A DNA stretch of 63,964 nt, filler included, from Lenisia limosa (Eukaryota; Protista; Breviatea), in assembly GCA_001655205.1 (NCBI GenBank). It is 14 parts of 14 records of this genome, joined end to end, with 100 filler letters (N's around TTAATTAATTAA, not from the genome) between each part and the next. Parts side by side here need not be neighbours in the genome. Positions count along the whole stretch, not along the records: positions 62,964 to 63,964 come from LPNZ01000468.1; 13 more parts are not named here. One strand, written 5' to 3'. Under the pieces are notes generated by a model. It was not told where the DNA came from. It worked only from the letters and a program-made list of their open reading frames with translations, and did not search any database. Positions 63,241 through 63,964 of the stretch are shown here, in pieces. The translations under genes and the position numbers were made by a program. Positions within the stretch are counted from its first letter, which is position 1. Each line of letters begins with the position of its first letter.

Positions 63241-63835
63241 ATTTGGATTTCCCCACACAGGATGATAGCATGGGGTCTCCCCTTGCCCTTCCGGAGACTG
63301 AAATGAGGTGGGGCTTTTGGAGTTTTTGTTGTTTTTTTTTACGTTTTTGATGAATATTTTACGTTTTTGATTAATATTTTACGTTTTTGATTAATATTTT
63401 ACGCTTCTCAATTTACTCTTGTACTGTGTTATTTTGTGTTACTACTATTTATGAAGATTTTGTCATTTTATTTTTCTGTCATATATGATTCGTATTTGTT
63501 AACACTATTTAGCCGAAGTTCCCCAACAATCCAGTACCCTGACAGATCCCCAGCTGTAGGCTAACAAGCTTATAAATGTATCGATATAATAAAATACACT
63601 ATATCATATTATAGATATTCAATCCAAACATTATGTTCCCTCAATTATTTAAGTCTTGTAGTATATCAATATAGGTAAACAAAATTTAGCCCACTAACCA
63701 TACAGATGACGCACATTGCTCCTGCTGCCTCGTCACGGAGCCTCAAACAATCGTATGTGTATTCCAAATGTCCCATTTTTACTCGTATTTTGCTTCACTT
63801 TTATACCCCCCCCTCCCCAGCAAGAATATAATTTC
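63241..63835 (+). CDS. Probable short exons of an unidentified gene
   Basis: AG..GT-bounded GC-richer blocks at 63241-63308, 63512-63555, 63706-63752 and 63821-63835. Confidence 0.35.
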
Positions 63836-63964
63836 GTGTGTTGTCAGCCAACACACCCGGTTCCTAAATATACACTGTATCTTTACTTTGTTTTGTTGTT
63901 ATCAACCCTTGTGTGTTGTTCGCCAACAGAGTTGATTTGGGGTTTTTTTTGTCTCATAAATTTC

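Noticed and set aside
1-63964. tRNA, rRNA or snRNA genes; autonomous transposase, RT or viral ORFs
   Set aside because: No cloverleaf, rRNA signature or catalytic motif was recognised by eye. tRNAscan-SE and Infernal were not run.

Overview
Eukaryotic nuclear DNA from a draft assembly of an intron-rich protist. The gene complement (TagC-like S8 protease, ankyrin-TKL kinase, CH/coiled-coil protein, mitochondrial CoA-transferase) suggests a free-living amoebozoan-like organism; this is inference only. The window is a chain of contigs joined by 13 artificial ~100-nt N/TTAATTAATTAA/N linkers plus many N gaps next to G/C homopolymers. Several genes are therefore truncated and gene order across linkers is unreliable. 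About 18 spliced genes or fragments were read by eye using GT-AG introns and the standard code. Recognisable ones are PSMA5, CNOT1, RPB2, an NRDE2-like protein, an SLC25 carrier, an MFS transporter, an ankyrin-Raf-like kinase, an S8 protease, a DIL-domain protein, a CH-domain coiled-coil protein and an acetyl-CoA hydrolase/ASCT-type transferase with a mitochondrial presequence. Introns are full of short interspersed repeats: hAT-like MITEs with 8-bp TSDs, Tc1-like and CACTA-like MITEs, a 526-bp palindrome and minisatellites. The most striking signal is two non-palindromic intronic families, called B (~12 copies) and D (6 copies) here. They share a GTGATG-headed 5' end and lie in the sense orientation in every identifiable host gene. 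B usually forms the 3' end of the intron, including the pyrimidine tract and acceptor AG, and is often preceded by a direct repeat of that tract. It is a candidate splice-site-targeted or introner-like element system. No rRNA, tRNA or CRISPR array was seen. Exon coordinates are manual estimates.
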